This document shows positions 1-12,254 of a stretch of DNA of 64,000 nt, in pieces. A model generated the notes under the pieces. It had not been told where the DNA came from. It searched no databases and saw only the letters and a program-made list of their open reading frames with translations. The stretch comes from Octopus sinensis. Taxonomy: Eukaryota. Location: contig NC_043005.1 of NCBI RefSeq assembly GCF_006345805.1, forward strand, positions 107,570,001 to 107,634,000. Reading direction: 5' to 3'. Position numbers and translations under genes: made by a program. Each line of letters opens with the position of its first letter. The first letter of the stretch is position 1.

Positions 1-73
1 TGTTATCGTTATTATTATTATTGTTGTTGTTGTTATTATTATTATGATTATTATTATTATTATTATTATTATT

Positions 74-548
74 GAGTGAGCGAGCAGAGCATGCCATCAA
101 AGTGACACTGGGGTAAAATATACGAAGCCCAGTATACCCATCATGACTACCCGTCTGATAAGGGTACACCAGGCACATGCATCACAACCATATGTGCGCG
201 ACATGGTGATCTCATATCAAGATAAACAGCACATGACCTTGCAGGTGGAGCCCAGTTAGAATTTTCTTCAGATCGAGTAACCCATCCCGCTCAAAAGGTC
301 CCTGAATAGGGGTTGTTTAAGGACGTTGAACGAAACACCTATGTTTCCAGAGGTGAATTATTCAAACCCCAAACAATCCTTCTCAACACATGGCTATGAT
401 GCTCCCCCACTACTTCTGCTCGTGATCAGAGATGCACATATCGTCAGCCACTAAGGGGCATGCTCAACTGGTTACGGTCAAACAACTGACAACCAAATCT
501 GTGGTATTGAGCAGAATATTTGCTGTAGCCCATCTTTTATACCAAGAC
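74..548. mobile_element. Non-coding interspersed element inserted in a (TTA)n array (SINE-like or non-autonomous LINE derivative)
   Basis: About 475 bp of higher-complexity sequence with sharp boundaries, (TTA)n on both sides (1-73, 549-660), no ORF. Confidence 0.5.
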
Positions 549-583
549 TTATTATTATTATTATTATTATTATTGTTATTATT

Positions 584-624
<41 letters not shown>

Positions 625-1189
625 CATCATCATCATCCTCATCATCATCATTACTATTATAGATGTTTCATTTGTTGAAGTAAGACTCAACTCAGAGACT
701 AGTGCCTGGTAGATTCGATAAACATGAAAAGCCAGAGGAGAAAACGAATATAAGGAAGATCATCCGCATTCAAAAAACAAAATGGCCGATTTTTCAGATA
801 AGCACGAGTTTCAGTTCAGGAGACAGCAAAAAATATATTTAAGCTTATTATGAGAAATAGATGAATAAACATCTCGTCCCCTAACGGTTCCAACCTAAAG
901 TATCATGCGTTCATCAGGCAATGAGAATGAAATGATAATAACATATGAATATCTACATATATTTGCGGTAAAGATTATAGGAGGAGAACAAAAAAATCAT
1001 AAAAGCAGACTGAACATATAAGGAGGGGCAATTTCTTCCAAATGACAACAAAACCCCTCCCCACAAGAATTCGAGGAATAATGAAGAGAGCAAAGATTAG
1101 TAAATATTGAACGCATTTCGAAAACCAAATAATAATTAATACAGAAAATTATAAAAGTATGGTTCAAATAGCATTCAAATACGAATTTC

Positions 1190-1438
1190 AACCGTGTTTT
1201 GTGGTCTGCTACTACAACAGCCCCTTTATAGGATCCAGTTAGCTCAAGACATTATCAGGAGTCACCACGTCCAGTTTCGACCCCTAATCCTTTACTGTTT
1301 GACGTGGCGCTCCCCCTTTGGAGGTGCTTTCAGCTCTGGTGTTGGGTGCATGTCTTCTTTCTTCTTCTTTCTTCTGTTCCCTGGCCTCTTCGATGTAGCG
1401 TCAACGAGTGTCAGCAGGCGACCGACTGTCTTGTCAAA
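1190..1438. repeat. Dispersed repeat fragment, copy 1 (LTR-like)
   Basis: Aligns by eye, same orientation, with 7446-7700; shares TTTATAGGATCCAGTTAGCTCAAGACAT and CAGCTCTGGTGTTGGGTGCATGTCTTCTTTCTTCTTCTTTCTTCTGTT. Confidence 0.7.
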
Positions 1439-1439
1439 A

Positions 1440-1818
1440 TCTTTATATATAAAAGTGAGGTTGTGTGCTGTCTGTCTCCTAAGATTTAGATTCCTAACTA
1501 CTCCCACATTTTGCGGTGCAGTTTAACCAAAACTGGGTATCTTATAGTCGTGATTCATATCGAGCGCGCGTCTACGATGAGTCTACGATTTTAAAAAAGA
1601 ATTACCATCAATTTTTCCCATTTTTAATGCATGTTTGGCATATATAAGGGAAGTAACTCTCTAAAAATTTATTATTAAATCTCAGAACGTAAAAAGCTAC
1701 AGCAACCCCGCCTTTTTAGGTTAGCCATATTGAGATGGCTATTATACTTTACATCTCTAAAAATGCTTATATAGTTATTTCCTTTACAAACCCGAGCAAC
1801 GCCGGGCGATACTGCTAG
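1440..1818 (+). mobile_element. Non-autonomous Helitron
   Basis: Starts TCTTTATATATAAAA, ends CTAG, subterminal hairpin CCCGAGCAACGCCGGG (1791-1806), inserted between A1439 and T1819, no TSD. Confidence 0.85.
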
Positions 1819-2624
1819 TTATTAATAAAGTTAAAATTACCGCATAACGTTAAACTTAAGTGAAAATACTTTCTAAGATGGTGTTTTTCACACTGACTGT
1901 TTCAACAACTGTTTGCTTGTGGATCCGTTTGCACTCGAATACGAATTAGAGACAAGGTTCAACGAAGAGGGTAGTGTAGTGCCCTAACTCAATCAAACCA
2001 TCAATCTGACATATCTGATTTTCTTTATAATCTATTCAAAAAGTTCTTTTACTACATTTATATTTCCTTCCACATAAATTAGTTCGTAAGCGCATATACG
2101 TTTAAAATCTTAATTTGTATAACATTTTTCATCTCCCTCCACCCCCACTTCATATATGAAAACGTGTTTTACACTCCATGTTTCCATATATTTCTTTGTA
2201 ACTCATTGAAAATTTCGTATCTTTTTGTATGCATTCCAGCGCTTGCGACTATCAAAGAAAGTTTTAATATTAGCTTAATATCGTATCTAGCACAAATCCG
2301 TAGAATGTAACAAGGTGTCAACAGTCTGTACTCAGGGCACTAAGGTAATGTACTCCATTTAAGTTTCGAGTACTTTGATTTGGCCGGTTCCAAGCAGCAC
2401 TGTCTTTAGTAGATGTATTATCTTCATATACACCTCTATCATTTCAAACCAGTTTGGCAGCTTCATATTTATAGTGCCCAACACACACACACACACGTAC
2501 ATACACACACACACACGCGAACACAAACACACACACACATACACACACACATATATATGTATGCATAAATGTGTGTGCTTATACAGATAGACATGCGGGT
2601 GCTATATATATAATTGTATATTTG

Positions 2625-2808
2625 TATTCTGTTGTGTATAGGGAGAGTCATTCTCTTTTGGTGCCTTATTATTTAACCTCTGTTGAAAAGGTTGCAAGAC
2701 GCAACGAAAAGTTTAGAAAATAAAAATAATAAGTGGAAATTTTACCGGTGAGTGTGTTAAATAATAAGGCACTAAAAGAGAATGACTCTCCCCAGACACA
2801 ACAGAATA
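2625..2808. repeat. Inverted-repeat element (Penelope pLTR-like) with a hammerhead-like spacer
   Basis: About 52-bp arms TATTCTGTTGTGT..GGGAGAGTCATTCTCTTTT.GTGCCTTATTATTTAAC and its reverse complement; the spacer recurs at 31005-31083. Confidence 0.7.
2680..2716 (+). ncRNA. Minimal hammerhead-like motif, U3-A8 core variant (degenerate stem III)
   Basis: CTG-TTGAAAA-g-GTTGC-aagac-GCAAC-GAAA-ag-TT-TAG. Confidence 0.45.
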
Positions 2809-3692
2809 TGCTTCAACACACGAACTCATTTAAAGAATCTTGCAAACCAAATCCAAAAACGAAATATATATTTGTACTTATATTTATATGCATATCTAAA
2901 TATATACACATGTACACTCACACACAAATATACACACGTACATGTGTGTTTGTGTGATATTTGTGACTGTCCTTGTGTATGTATCTTTGTAGTGGTGGGG
3001 TAAGTATATGTGAAATTTATCAATATTTTTATGTTCTGTAGACTCGCTTTCTTTCAAATCTCATATTGACATAATTTTAAATTTTCAGTTGAGTTTAATA
3101 CAGTTCATTTTAATTTATTTGACTTCTTTTATTATTTAGCTTTATAAGAATATGTTCATTGTACAAGAGAAAAAAATAAAAATACGGCTTCAATTGCTTT
3201 TCAAAAATTTCTATGTTAACCGATCCAAAAGCTTTTGAAATATTTGCGAAAAAAAAGAAAAGAAAGGAAAAAAGAAAACAATAATACCAAAACAAAACAA
3301 CATAATAACAAAGAAATACGTTAAACCAAAATGACAAAATTCTATACAATCTCAAAGAAGCTGATTAAACAAGGGGAAAGAAAACAAAAAAATGATTCAT
3401 ATAATGCAAGTAAATAATGACAAAAATATATAGAATAAAAGATCATTATTATTTCTTTTTCAAACAAATATATATATAAAGAAATAGAAAGAAAAATATG
3501 AAATTTAATCTAAATTTTTTGGGAAAAAGAAGGAAACAACAGAAAGAAAAAGTCGTTATCTGTTAATGTTTTATGAGTGAATTCTCTACTTCCGTATTTG
3601 TGTTTGTATATTGGTATTTTATGTTCTTTAGTTGTCTTCCTCTGTCCTTCATTGTCTTGTCATGTATTTCTTTTCTATTTCTCATAGACTTC

Positions 3693-3771
<79 letters not shown>

Positions 3772-3855
3772 GTAATATTCTCCCAAATAACATTAATGAA
3801 GACAATAATAATAACAATAACAATAACAATATAATAATAATAATAATAATAATAA

Positions 3856-3911
<56 letters not shown>

Positions 3912-3913
3912 TG

Positions 3914-3971
<58 letters not shown>

Positions 3972-3985
3972 TGATGATAATAATG
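3693..3985. repeat. (AAT)n microsatellite
   Basis: Direct inspection. Confidence 0.95.
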
Positions 3986-4259
3986 ATCTGTGTGTGTTTG
4001 CGTTTTATTTACATAGTATGGTTGAAAATGATTGAAATAAAAACATAAAACAACACAAAAATAAATCGAAAATATTTGATAACAAAAACATAATAAATAA
4101 CATGAAGAAACGGAATCAATTATCAATGAAATCAAGAAATTTATCTCCGCACAAAACCTAGGCATATAAACATACAATTTTGCTCTCTCCCTCTCTCTCA
4201 TGCTCTCCCTCTTTCTCTCTGTCTCTCTTTCTCTCTCTTTGTTTCTTTTTCTCTCTCTG

Positions 4260-4297
<38 letters not shown>

Positions 4298-4822
4298 GAT
4301 AGAGAGAGAGAGATCAAAACAGTTTGATTCAAATTCATTGGTACTCTTGAGTTTCAAGCATGATGCTAGTCATCAGCCATATACATATATATATATATAC
4401 ACACACACATATATATATGTGTGTGTGAGAGTGTGTGTGTATGTATATATATATATATTATACTATATTATATATATATATATGTCTACTTACATACATA
4501 CATGCATACATAAATGTATGTATGATATATTATTTGAGTGTTCATGAGTGTGCACACGTTCATAGTATGTAACCGCCTATTATGTTACTGTAACACTGTA
4601 TAAATTTTCATAAACAATTTATTGTTATTCGATTCAGTTTCTTAAGATGGTTACTTTTTCTTTTTTTATATTTGTGTGTTTAGCACAAATGTTGGCTTTT
4701 AATTCAAAATAAACATATTTTGCAACATGTTTTCTTCTGTCTCTGTCTCTGTATCACTCGTCATATTTCTGATTATCTTTTTCTCCTTCACCATATCTAT
4801 ATTTTCTCACCTTCTTTCTTTT

Positions 4823-4884
<62 letters not shown>

Positions 4885-5019
4885 TCATACACGAATATAT
4901 ATAAACAAATAGCACTTCTTTAACGACTATTTTTCTGACTGCAAGATTATTTAAAAGCATGCAGTATAATTTTATTCGTTTCTGCTGCATTAATTTTTGT
5001 ATAATTTTTTCAGAATAAG

Positions 5020-5545
5020 TAAGGCAAGGACCGCTTTTCACCTGTTAAAATAAGTTTGGAGCTCAAGTGTAATTTCAATAAAGAACAAAATAAGAACTTT
5101 TAACACTAACGTAAAAGCGGTGTTATTGTATGGGGCTGAGACATGGCGAACAACAGTTAAGTCAAATAAGCAAATACAATCATTCATCAACAGATGCTTG
5201 TGTAGTATACTTAAAATTAGATGGCCCCAACACATAAGCAGTATAGAGCTATGGCAAAGAACAAATCAAGTTTCGATTAGGGAGCAAATATTTAAGAAAA
5301 AGTGGAAGTGGATTGGTAGCACAATTAGAAAAGACACACCAAATGTAGCGAAAAGTGCTTTACAGTGTAAACTGGATGGATATAGAAGGAGAGGTATGCC
5401 TAAGAACTCGTGGCGGAGATCAACACAAAAGGAACTAGAGAAAGGGAGACATTCATGGCAGAGTATAAGTACAGAAGCCAAAAATTATGCGACATGGAAT
5501 TTAACTATAAGTGGCCTATACTCTGCGTTGAAGTGTTAAAGACAT
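5020..5545 (+). mobile_element. RTE-clade LINE 3' fragment
   Basis: ORF 5120-5539 LLYGAETW...FINRCLCSILKIRWP...WKWIG...RRRGMPKNSW matches the post-RT C-terminal pattern of RTE ORFs. Confidence 0.8.
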
Positions 5546-7367
5546 AAAGTGGTATTACTAATTTAGACTTACTTTTTCTCTCGAGTGATATATTTCTTAG
5601 TTGTCTATATCCTACAGTCAATTCAATTTGCTTTTCTTATCAGCAACTATTAATAATTTTCATTGGATTTTATATGAACAAAGTGAATGTCTTCTATGCA
5701 CTTTCTACTGTATTGTTGATGTTTTCTCCCTAAACAACAAAGTCTTATCTTGATGTTATGCAGTGGGATAGTTATATGTTTCCATGTCTGTTTTCTTACC
5801 AATAAACTAAAGAGAAATACATATAATATTTGGGAAATAATTCTCGCCTATAATACGTTGACTTCTAATTTGTTGCCTTCCATTTCTCAAATCCTTGAAG
5901 TTTCATCAACTTCCTATAGAACGTTGGTGAAAATTTTACGTTAAAGCTGACATTAAGCTTTTCATTTACTGTTTCTGTTTATCTTCCATTTTTCAATGCC
6001 GGACTTTATATCAGATTGTGTCACATACTTTCCGATTAACTCTCTTATTAATCTTTGCACTCAGAGATTCTGCTGAACAAGCTTTTCAATGGTACATTTA
6101 AAGTTGATTCTGAAATTTGAAGGTTTCAGAATTCGTAATTCGACGTGAAAATTGATTCTAACTTGGCATTGTCATTTAAGCATCCATTTTGTTTTACTTG
6201 AGTACCAATACTTCCGTCATCAAATGACACCACCAATCTCAGTGGTTATTCAGTGGTTTGCGGAATTCCTCAGTTGTTATTACTCAAAAGACAAAGGCAA
6301 AGCATGCTGAAACCGGGACATAAAATAGAAATTCTTTTAGTATATGCGGTAAATTGATGATCAAATTTCAATGGTACAAATTTTAATGGTTGCAAAAATC
6401 AATTACTGTCTTTTTGACTAGAAATGCACAAATTTTACGAATGATCATTTGGAATATTTTTCTTTGTAAATTACACATATCTAGTCGGGTATTTATGCGC
6501 TGACAATTTTGTAGCAACTTAGTATCGAAGAAAATATCTCAAACTCTCTCACAATGCAACTTAGTAGTGCAACTATACAGAAAATGTTTATTTCAGCACT
6601 AAACCAATTCCTTGTAGTTTTTCTTAAGTCTTTTAGCATGCTGTTATTTTCGTAATTGTTGAGACTGAGGACCAACTTTAGTTAGGTATATTTTTGATCA
6701 AACATGCTCCCGCTGAAATTATTTTGTAAACTCAGTCGAAGAGTAATACATTGAGTAATACATTATTCGATATGTCCCACTTTTGTAAGACAATAATGTG
6801 AAGTATATTTTCTATTTCTAGAATGTGTAGGGACTAATTTGAATCTTTCGCTGGCGTTAAACTGGAGAAGAAATTAGTAATGACCAATATAATCTATAAA
6901 TTTGACTCTAAAACTGAAAGTTGTTAATTTCAAGACACAATCTGTTTGCATTGGACATATTAGTACAACATTCAATCGTAGATCCAACATGCATCTATAC
7001 CAACGAGCATCTGAAAAATACTATGCCACACCATATGACATAGTTGGATAGAAAAATGCTAGAGGATAATTCATACTCTACTAACATCCTCACTAAATTA
7101 AATAAGCATTCTTGAGAGAAATCACTCTCTTAATGCAGCCCAGTACCAAAAGAAACACGCAAACAGCTCGCATAAGCGAATGTAACCCTAATTACTAGCA
7201 GGAAAACTTAAAGTTTAAAAGTTTGACTAAAGTAAACAAATCAACACTTGACGACTAATGCAGAAACTTAGTTGTCAACATAGCTTTGGCAAGAGAGTCT
7301 ACGAATTCCACCATTACATAAGAAACAACACAGAGACCAGGAATATACAATTCTTGAAAACGAGACC

Positions 7368-7820
7368 GTGACGGTATAGAAAAGTCGAATCTGAATTTAG
7401 AAAATTTATTGATCTACTCTATCAGTACAACACTAGGGGGATTACAACCGTGTTTCGTGATCTGCTACCACAACAGCTCCTTTATAGGATCCAGTTAGCT
7501 CAAGACATCGTCAGGAGTAACCACGTCCGGTTTCGGTCCCTACTCCTCTACCGTTTTGACTTGGCGGTCCCCCACCCCTTTCGGAGGTGTCTTCAGCTCT
7601 GGTGTTGGGTGCATGTCTTCTTTCTTCTTCTTTCTTCTGTTCTCTGGCCTCTTCGATGTATCGTCAGCAGGTCCCAGCCGGTGACTAACTGACCTGTCAA
7701 ATTTTTCCCTCTAAATACCTGCCCACAGCTCGAGCAGGCAGTCATAGCAAGTTGTCACGTGACACTATCTCACCTAAACTGACTAATGAAGGCGCGCAGT
7801 TTTAGCCCGCGCATTTTCTA
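7368..7820 (-). repeat. LTR-like dispersed repeat, copy 2 (possible solo LTR)
   Basis: Contains the 1190-1438 repeat; the minus strand has a purine-rich tract and AATAAA (about 7405) and ends ...CCGTCACG. Confidence 0.4.
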
Positions 7821-8652
7821 AACGACCGTCACCTGTCAGTCAGCGAAGCTGATTCAGTGTCAGCTTGTCTCACCTAGTGATGTTATGGCTTTCTCACGGC
7901 ATGTTATGACTTTCAAGCCATTTTCGGTCTTCCCGCTTTAGCCATATATAGAAGTTGGCTTTTTCGACCGCGTCCTTTACTCTCCTTATTAGTTTTCGCA
8001 GCTCCGAGCTAGAAAAATCAATTCTTCTTTTGAAAAGCGTTGTAATTTTCCTTTCAATGAAGCCTCTAGCCCCCACTGCCAGGTGATAATATTTGACATT
8101 CCATCCCTGTTCTCTGTATTCTTCGATTAGCTTTTCGTACCTCTTCTCCTTACGTTTCTCTGCATTCCCGATGTTCTCTTCCCAAGGTACTGTCATTTCT
8201 AGTAAAATTCCCATTCTCCGGTCTCTGTTCCATAGGACTAAATCTGGTCATTTTGTTGTTTTTATTAGTGAAAATATTACTTGTCTTTCCAAGTCCGTGG
8301 CCACTTCCCAGTATCTCTTCCATCTTTCATCTATCTCGTATACTTTACTTGTAGGCCTGGTTTTATATCCTTTTCCCTCCTTGTGGAAGTATACTTTCTT
8401 GCGTTTTTCTACTTTTGGGTACTCTCCCCTATTGTACCTCTCGATCTTCTCCTTGAGTGCTGCGCCTATAACGCCGAGGACTTGATTATGCCGCCATGTA
8501 TATCTTTCGAGTGCTTGTCTGCAACTTGACAGAACATGTCTAATCGTCGCTTTCTCTCCGCATCTACATTCATCGGTTGTTTTTATGTTCCACCGGACTA
8601 AGTTCGCCGGTGAGGGTAGAACGTCGAAGGAAATTTTAAGTACAGAAGACAA
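7820..8652 (-). mobile_element. 5'-truncated HERO-like REL non-LTR retrotransposon (zinc knuckle plus PD..D/E endonuclease), frameshifted
   Basis: ORFs 8248-8652 and 7894-8214: FDVLPSPANL, CRCGEKATIRHVLSSC, RYTWRHNQVL, LLEMTVPWEE...KRYEKL...AVGARGF. Confidence 0.8.
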
Positions 8653-8794
8653 AACAACAAAAACCCAAGAAAACCTAAAGACAGTAGTATATTAAATGAA
8701 ACCTATATACAGACGTTGGATATATTAATGGAAACATCACTTTTTATTTAATTACGTGTTTCTGTTGGCAATATGATAAACTAAAAACTATTAT

Positions 8795-8838
<44 letters not shown>

Positions 8839-8839
<1 letters not shown>

Positions 8840-9238
8840 TCTTTACTCTTTTACTCTTTTACTTGTTTCAGTCATTTGACTGCGGTCATGCTGGAGCACC
8901 GCCTTTAGTCGAGTAACTCGACCCCGGGACTTATTCTTTTTGTAAGCCCAGTACTTATTCTATCGGTCTCTTTTTGCCGAACCGCCAGGTGACGGGGTCG
9001 TAAACACACCAGCAATGCTAGGGGAACAAACACAGACACACAAACACACACACACATACATATATATATACATATATACGACAGGCTTCTTTCAGTTTCT
9101 GTCTACCAAATCCACTCACAAGGCATTGGTCGATCCGGGGCTGTAGCAGAAGACACTTGCCCAAGTTGCCACGCAGTGGGACTGAACCCGGAACCATGCG
9201 GTTGGTTAGCAAGCAACTTACCACACAGCCGCTCGAGC
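8839..9238 (-). mobile_element. tRNA-derived SINE family A (CORE-like block, internal TA/TG tract, GAGTAAAA tail)
   Basis: Minus strand has A-box-like GGCTGTGTGGTAAG and B-box-like GGTTCAGTCCC; near-identical to 34423 and 46022 copies. Confidence 0.85.
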
Positions 9239-9314
9239 CCATATACATTATGTTAGCCTGGAAATTCATTGTATAACCTTTTGGTTTTGCAGATATATAT
9301 GTTTAAATAAATTA

Positions 9315-9556
9315 AAATGCGTGCCCTGTATGAGTTGCAGAGAGGACGAGCTGTTGGAGTGCAAATGGTTGGAAATTCAGTCACTAAAACTAAAAGAAAC
9401 TGAAAAGTACATTTTCTAAAATTGGATTAACACACACAAACACCGGATCTCAATATAATCGGAAAATATGTGATCCATTTTGCAGTGGAACAAGAGCTAT
9501 AGTAGAATTAAGTGAAGAATAGCTCAAAATTCCACTAATAACTGGGTCAGATCTTG
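9315..9556 (+). mobile_element. Tc1-like transposase N-terminal remnant
   Basis: Translates ELQRGRAVGVQMVGNSVTKT, resembling the Tc1 HTH consensus DF.RG.IVG....G.SV..TA. Confidence 0.45.
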
Positions 9557-9573
9557 TATATATATATGTGTAA

Positions 9574-9899
9574 TAAACGAGTGAAGAACAAATATATACT
9601 GCATGTGTTTATTTGGCATAAGAATCATCATCCCGAAGTACAGGAATCTTGCAACACAAATTCATATAAATATGTATGAATATATATAAGTATATATATA
9701 TATGTATATATATGTATATATATATTATATATAAGTGTATGTATATATGTACACACACATATATCTATATATATATTTAAATGAATTTGTGTTGCAAGAT
9801 TTCTGATGTGAAGTCGTGTGTTGAAACATGTACTTCGGGATGATGATTCTTTTGCCAAATAAACACACGCACTATATATTCGTTCTTCACTCATTTATT
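9574..9899. repeat. Inverted repeat (about 90-bp arms) around a TA tract
   Basis: GAGTGAAGAACAAATATAT...AGAATCATCATCCCGAAGTACA...TCTTGCAACACAAATTCAT and its reverse complement at 9781-9897. Confidence 0.8.
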
Positions 9900-10000
9900 A
9901 CTGGTCTTATGCTAACTCATTGTCTGGACCTCTTCAGCGACACTTTGCATCTTCATGTGTGCTCTTGCTCTGCTTACTCTATCCTCTTCTTATATATATA

Positions 10001-11789
10001 CTAGCAAATGCCCCTGTCCATTGGACGGTGTAAGTTCTTGATAGGACTGGACTCTAAAACAGTGTAATTTCGAACCTGTCTATGCTTATGCTTCTGTCTG
10101 TGATGCCCTGGCGACTGCAGTAGAAGCAGCGTTGCTAGCACGCTGGAGTTCTGCCCGTTGAACAGTCTGCGATGCTATGGTGGTCGAATTAGAAGCAGGA
10201 TTGCGAACACATGGTTCTTCTGTCTCGTTTGCCCGCGAGGAATGCAAAGTGGAAGCATTTTTGTTTTTCTGTCAATGTGACTCCTACTTTTTCGAGGCAT
10301 CCTACCGAAATCTCTAATTGAATGAATCTTTAATAAAATCAATTAAATTTACCTCGTTGCTGTTTACGAGCACTAAATATGGCATTTCAACAAAAAATTG
10401 CCAAAGCGCTAAAGTGCACAAGTATCTGCACCAAATAGCAAATTATTAGCACCAAATAGCACATTGATGCGGACAATTGTGAATGAGCATTCACATCTAT
10501 AAGCAAATGTGGACAGAACGATTTCGAGAAAATCGATGTTCTATAGACCACAAGTGCAATTTTGATAAAATGTAAACGATCGATGCGAACACCAGTGCAC
10601 TGACAGGTAGCAGAAGGTAAAGGATATTTCTGAAAAAATTCACACTTAAGTGCAAAATTCAAATAACAAGAATGTGCAAATCGAAATCTATTCTAGGACT
10701 TCTCTGAAAATGAAAGACAGCCAAAACAGGGCTTTCTTTGGGGGAAAAGGATGTTAGCATTAAATTGCGATATATCAATTTGGAAGTAATTAAATTCTTT
10801 ATAAATAAGTTATTTAAGTCAATGTAACCGGAAAACTTCAAATGGAATATATGGTTCGGCAATATGTGATGTTGACCGATAAAGTAGAAAACCTTATGGA
10901 TGAATAAGTTACCAGAACCGACCGAATAGGGCTTTTATTAGAATGTAGCTGAGGAATTTGATCTGTAAATTTCGTAAAAAATTATAAGAATTTGCCAAAA
11001 TATTGTTCAGTTATCCTTACTGATAGAAAATAACTCATAATTTGAAATGTTGATACCAGTATTCCTTTTTCATGAAATGGAATTAAAGAGTATATAACGG
11101 GCATGTACGTGTTAAATCAAGTGAGTGATGCAAAAGTAAAAAAGAAAATACCGCTCATTTTTTGTTTTATATAAGAAATTGTTAGATAAAGTTTTAGATA
11201 TTTGTCACTCAAATTTCAACGTTTAATCACCAATCACTTTGTCGTTTTCTACTTTCACTTGAATTTTGTTGTGAGCAAATATTCACACAGTTGATTGATC
11301 GCCAATTAGTGCCATTTATTCGTTAAAGTTAATATATTATTTCATTTTTACTTATTCAGAATAATTGCCTAGTCTTCTAACTCTTTTGTGTCAGCTTATT
11401 TATTAAACAGAGAATGACATGCCTGGATGCACGTGTTCGAGTACATCGCATTCTAGAATGATATCGATTTTTAATGCAATCACATGTTCTTTCATGAAAT
11501 TGCTTAGGAAGTTTGATGCAATTAATACTCTGATGCAGATTGGACGAACATAGCGGTCGTTCGTTGATCAGTAAGTACTTTTAAAATCGGATTTTTCCAT
11601 CAAGATTTTGATTTATAAAGAGCAAATCTCACCTTGAAACTAGCGATTATGTTATGAAATGTACGTAATGCAACCACAGTGACGTCTTGTACCTATGTGT
11701 AAAATTTCAGTGCAATCAGTTGAAAAATACAACCGTTATAATCTTTTACACACACAAAGAGAGAACAAACGTGGTTTATATATTATAGA
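10001..11789 (-). mobile_element. Internally deleted Helitron retaining the RepHel N-terminus
   Basis: Minus strand starts A|TCTATAATATATAAA (11789) and ends hairpin CCGTCCAATGGACAGG...CTAG|T (10001); ATG at 10300 gives MPRKSRSHIDRKT/NASTLHSSRANETEE. Confidence 0.75.
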
Positions 11790-11842
11790 TATACTTACAT
11801 ACATGTACGTACATACATATATATGTATACACACACACAAAC

Positions 11843-11874
<32 letters not shown>

Positions 11875-12254
11875 GTAATTCATATACATATGATAAAAGA
11901 GGTTGATTTCGCATGATGTAATAACTCTATTCATAAAAGAACTTGTTTGAAACAATTGTAGTGAACGAAACAATTTGTTGATAATTGCTTATTATGTACT
12001 TTACTCTGAACCTTCGAGTAGCGTGGAATAAGACTCTATTAAGTGCAGTGTTCCTAGGTACAGCCTCGTGGTATGTTCAGTCGAGTGCGTGTGATTGTAT
12101 ATGTGACAGTAATACTAATCCATCTGTACTTCGGTATGTACGTATATTCTCCTCTGATTTCGTTTTGTACACTATTGCTATTTCTTTGACTCGAAATTGG
12201 TGCTTTAGTATTTAGGTTCCTGTTTCACTCGAATCCTGAACTTGTACATACATA

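Noticed and set aside
3563-4357. Long ORFs in simple repeats (also 17190-18143, 30517-31125, 33635-34231, 52058-52707, 60021-60939, 61814-62392)
   Set aside because: Poly-I/Y/L or YI/CV/HT translations of microsatellites lacking stops; no coding signal
5600-7300. Possible very old hAT/GTF2IRD2-like transposase on the minus strand
   Set aside because: Only faint motif resemblance with no continuous frame; needs a profile search
1190-7700. Intact LTR retrotransposon bounded by the two direct repeats
   Set aside because: No gag/pol remnants between them, no TSD, and the copies are unequal and diverged
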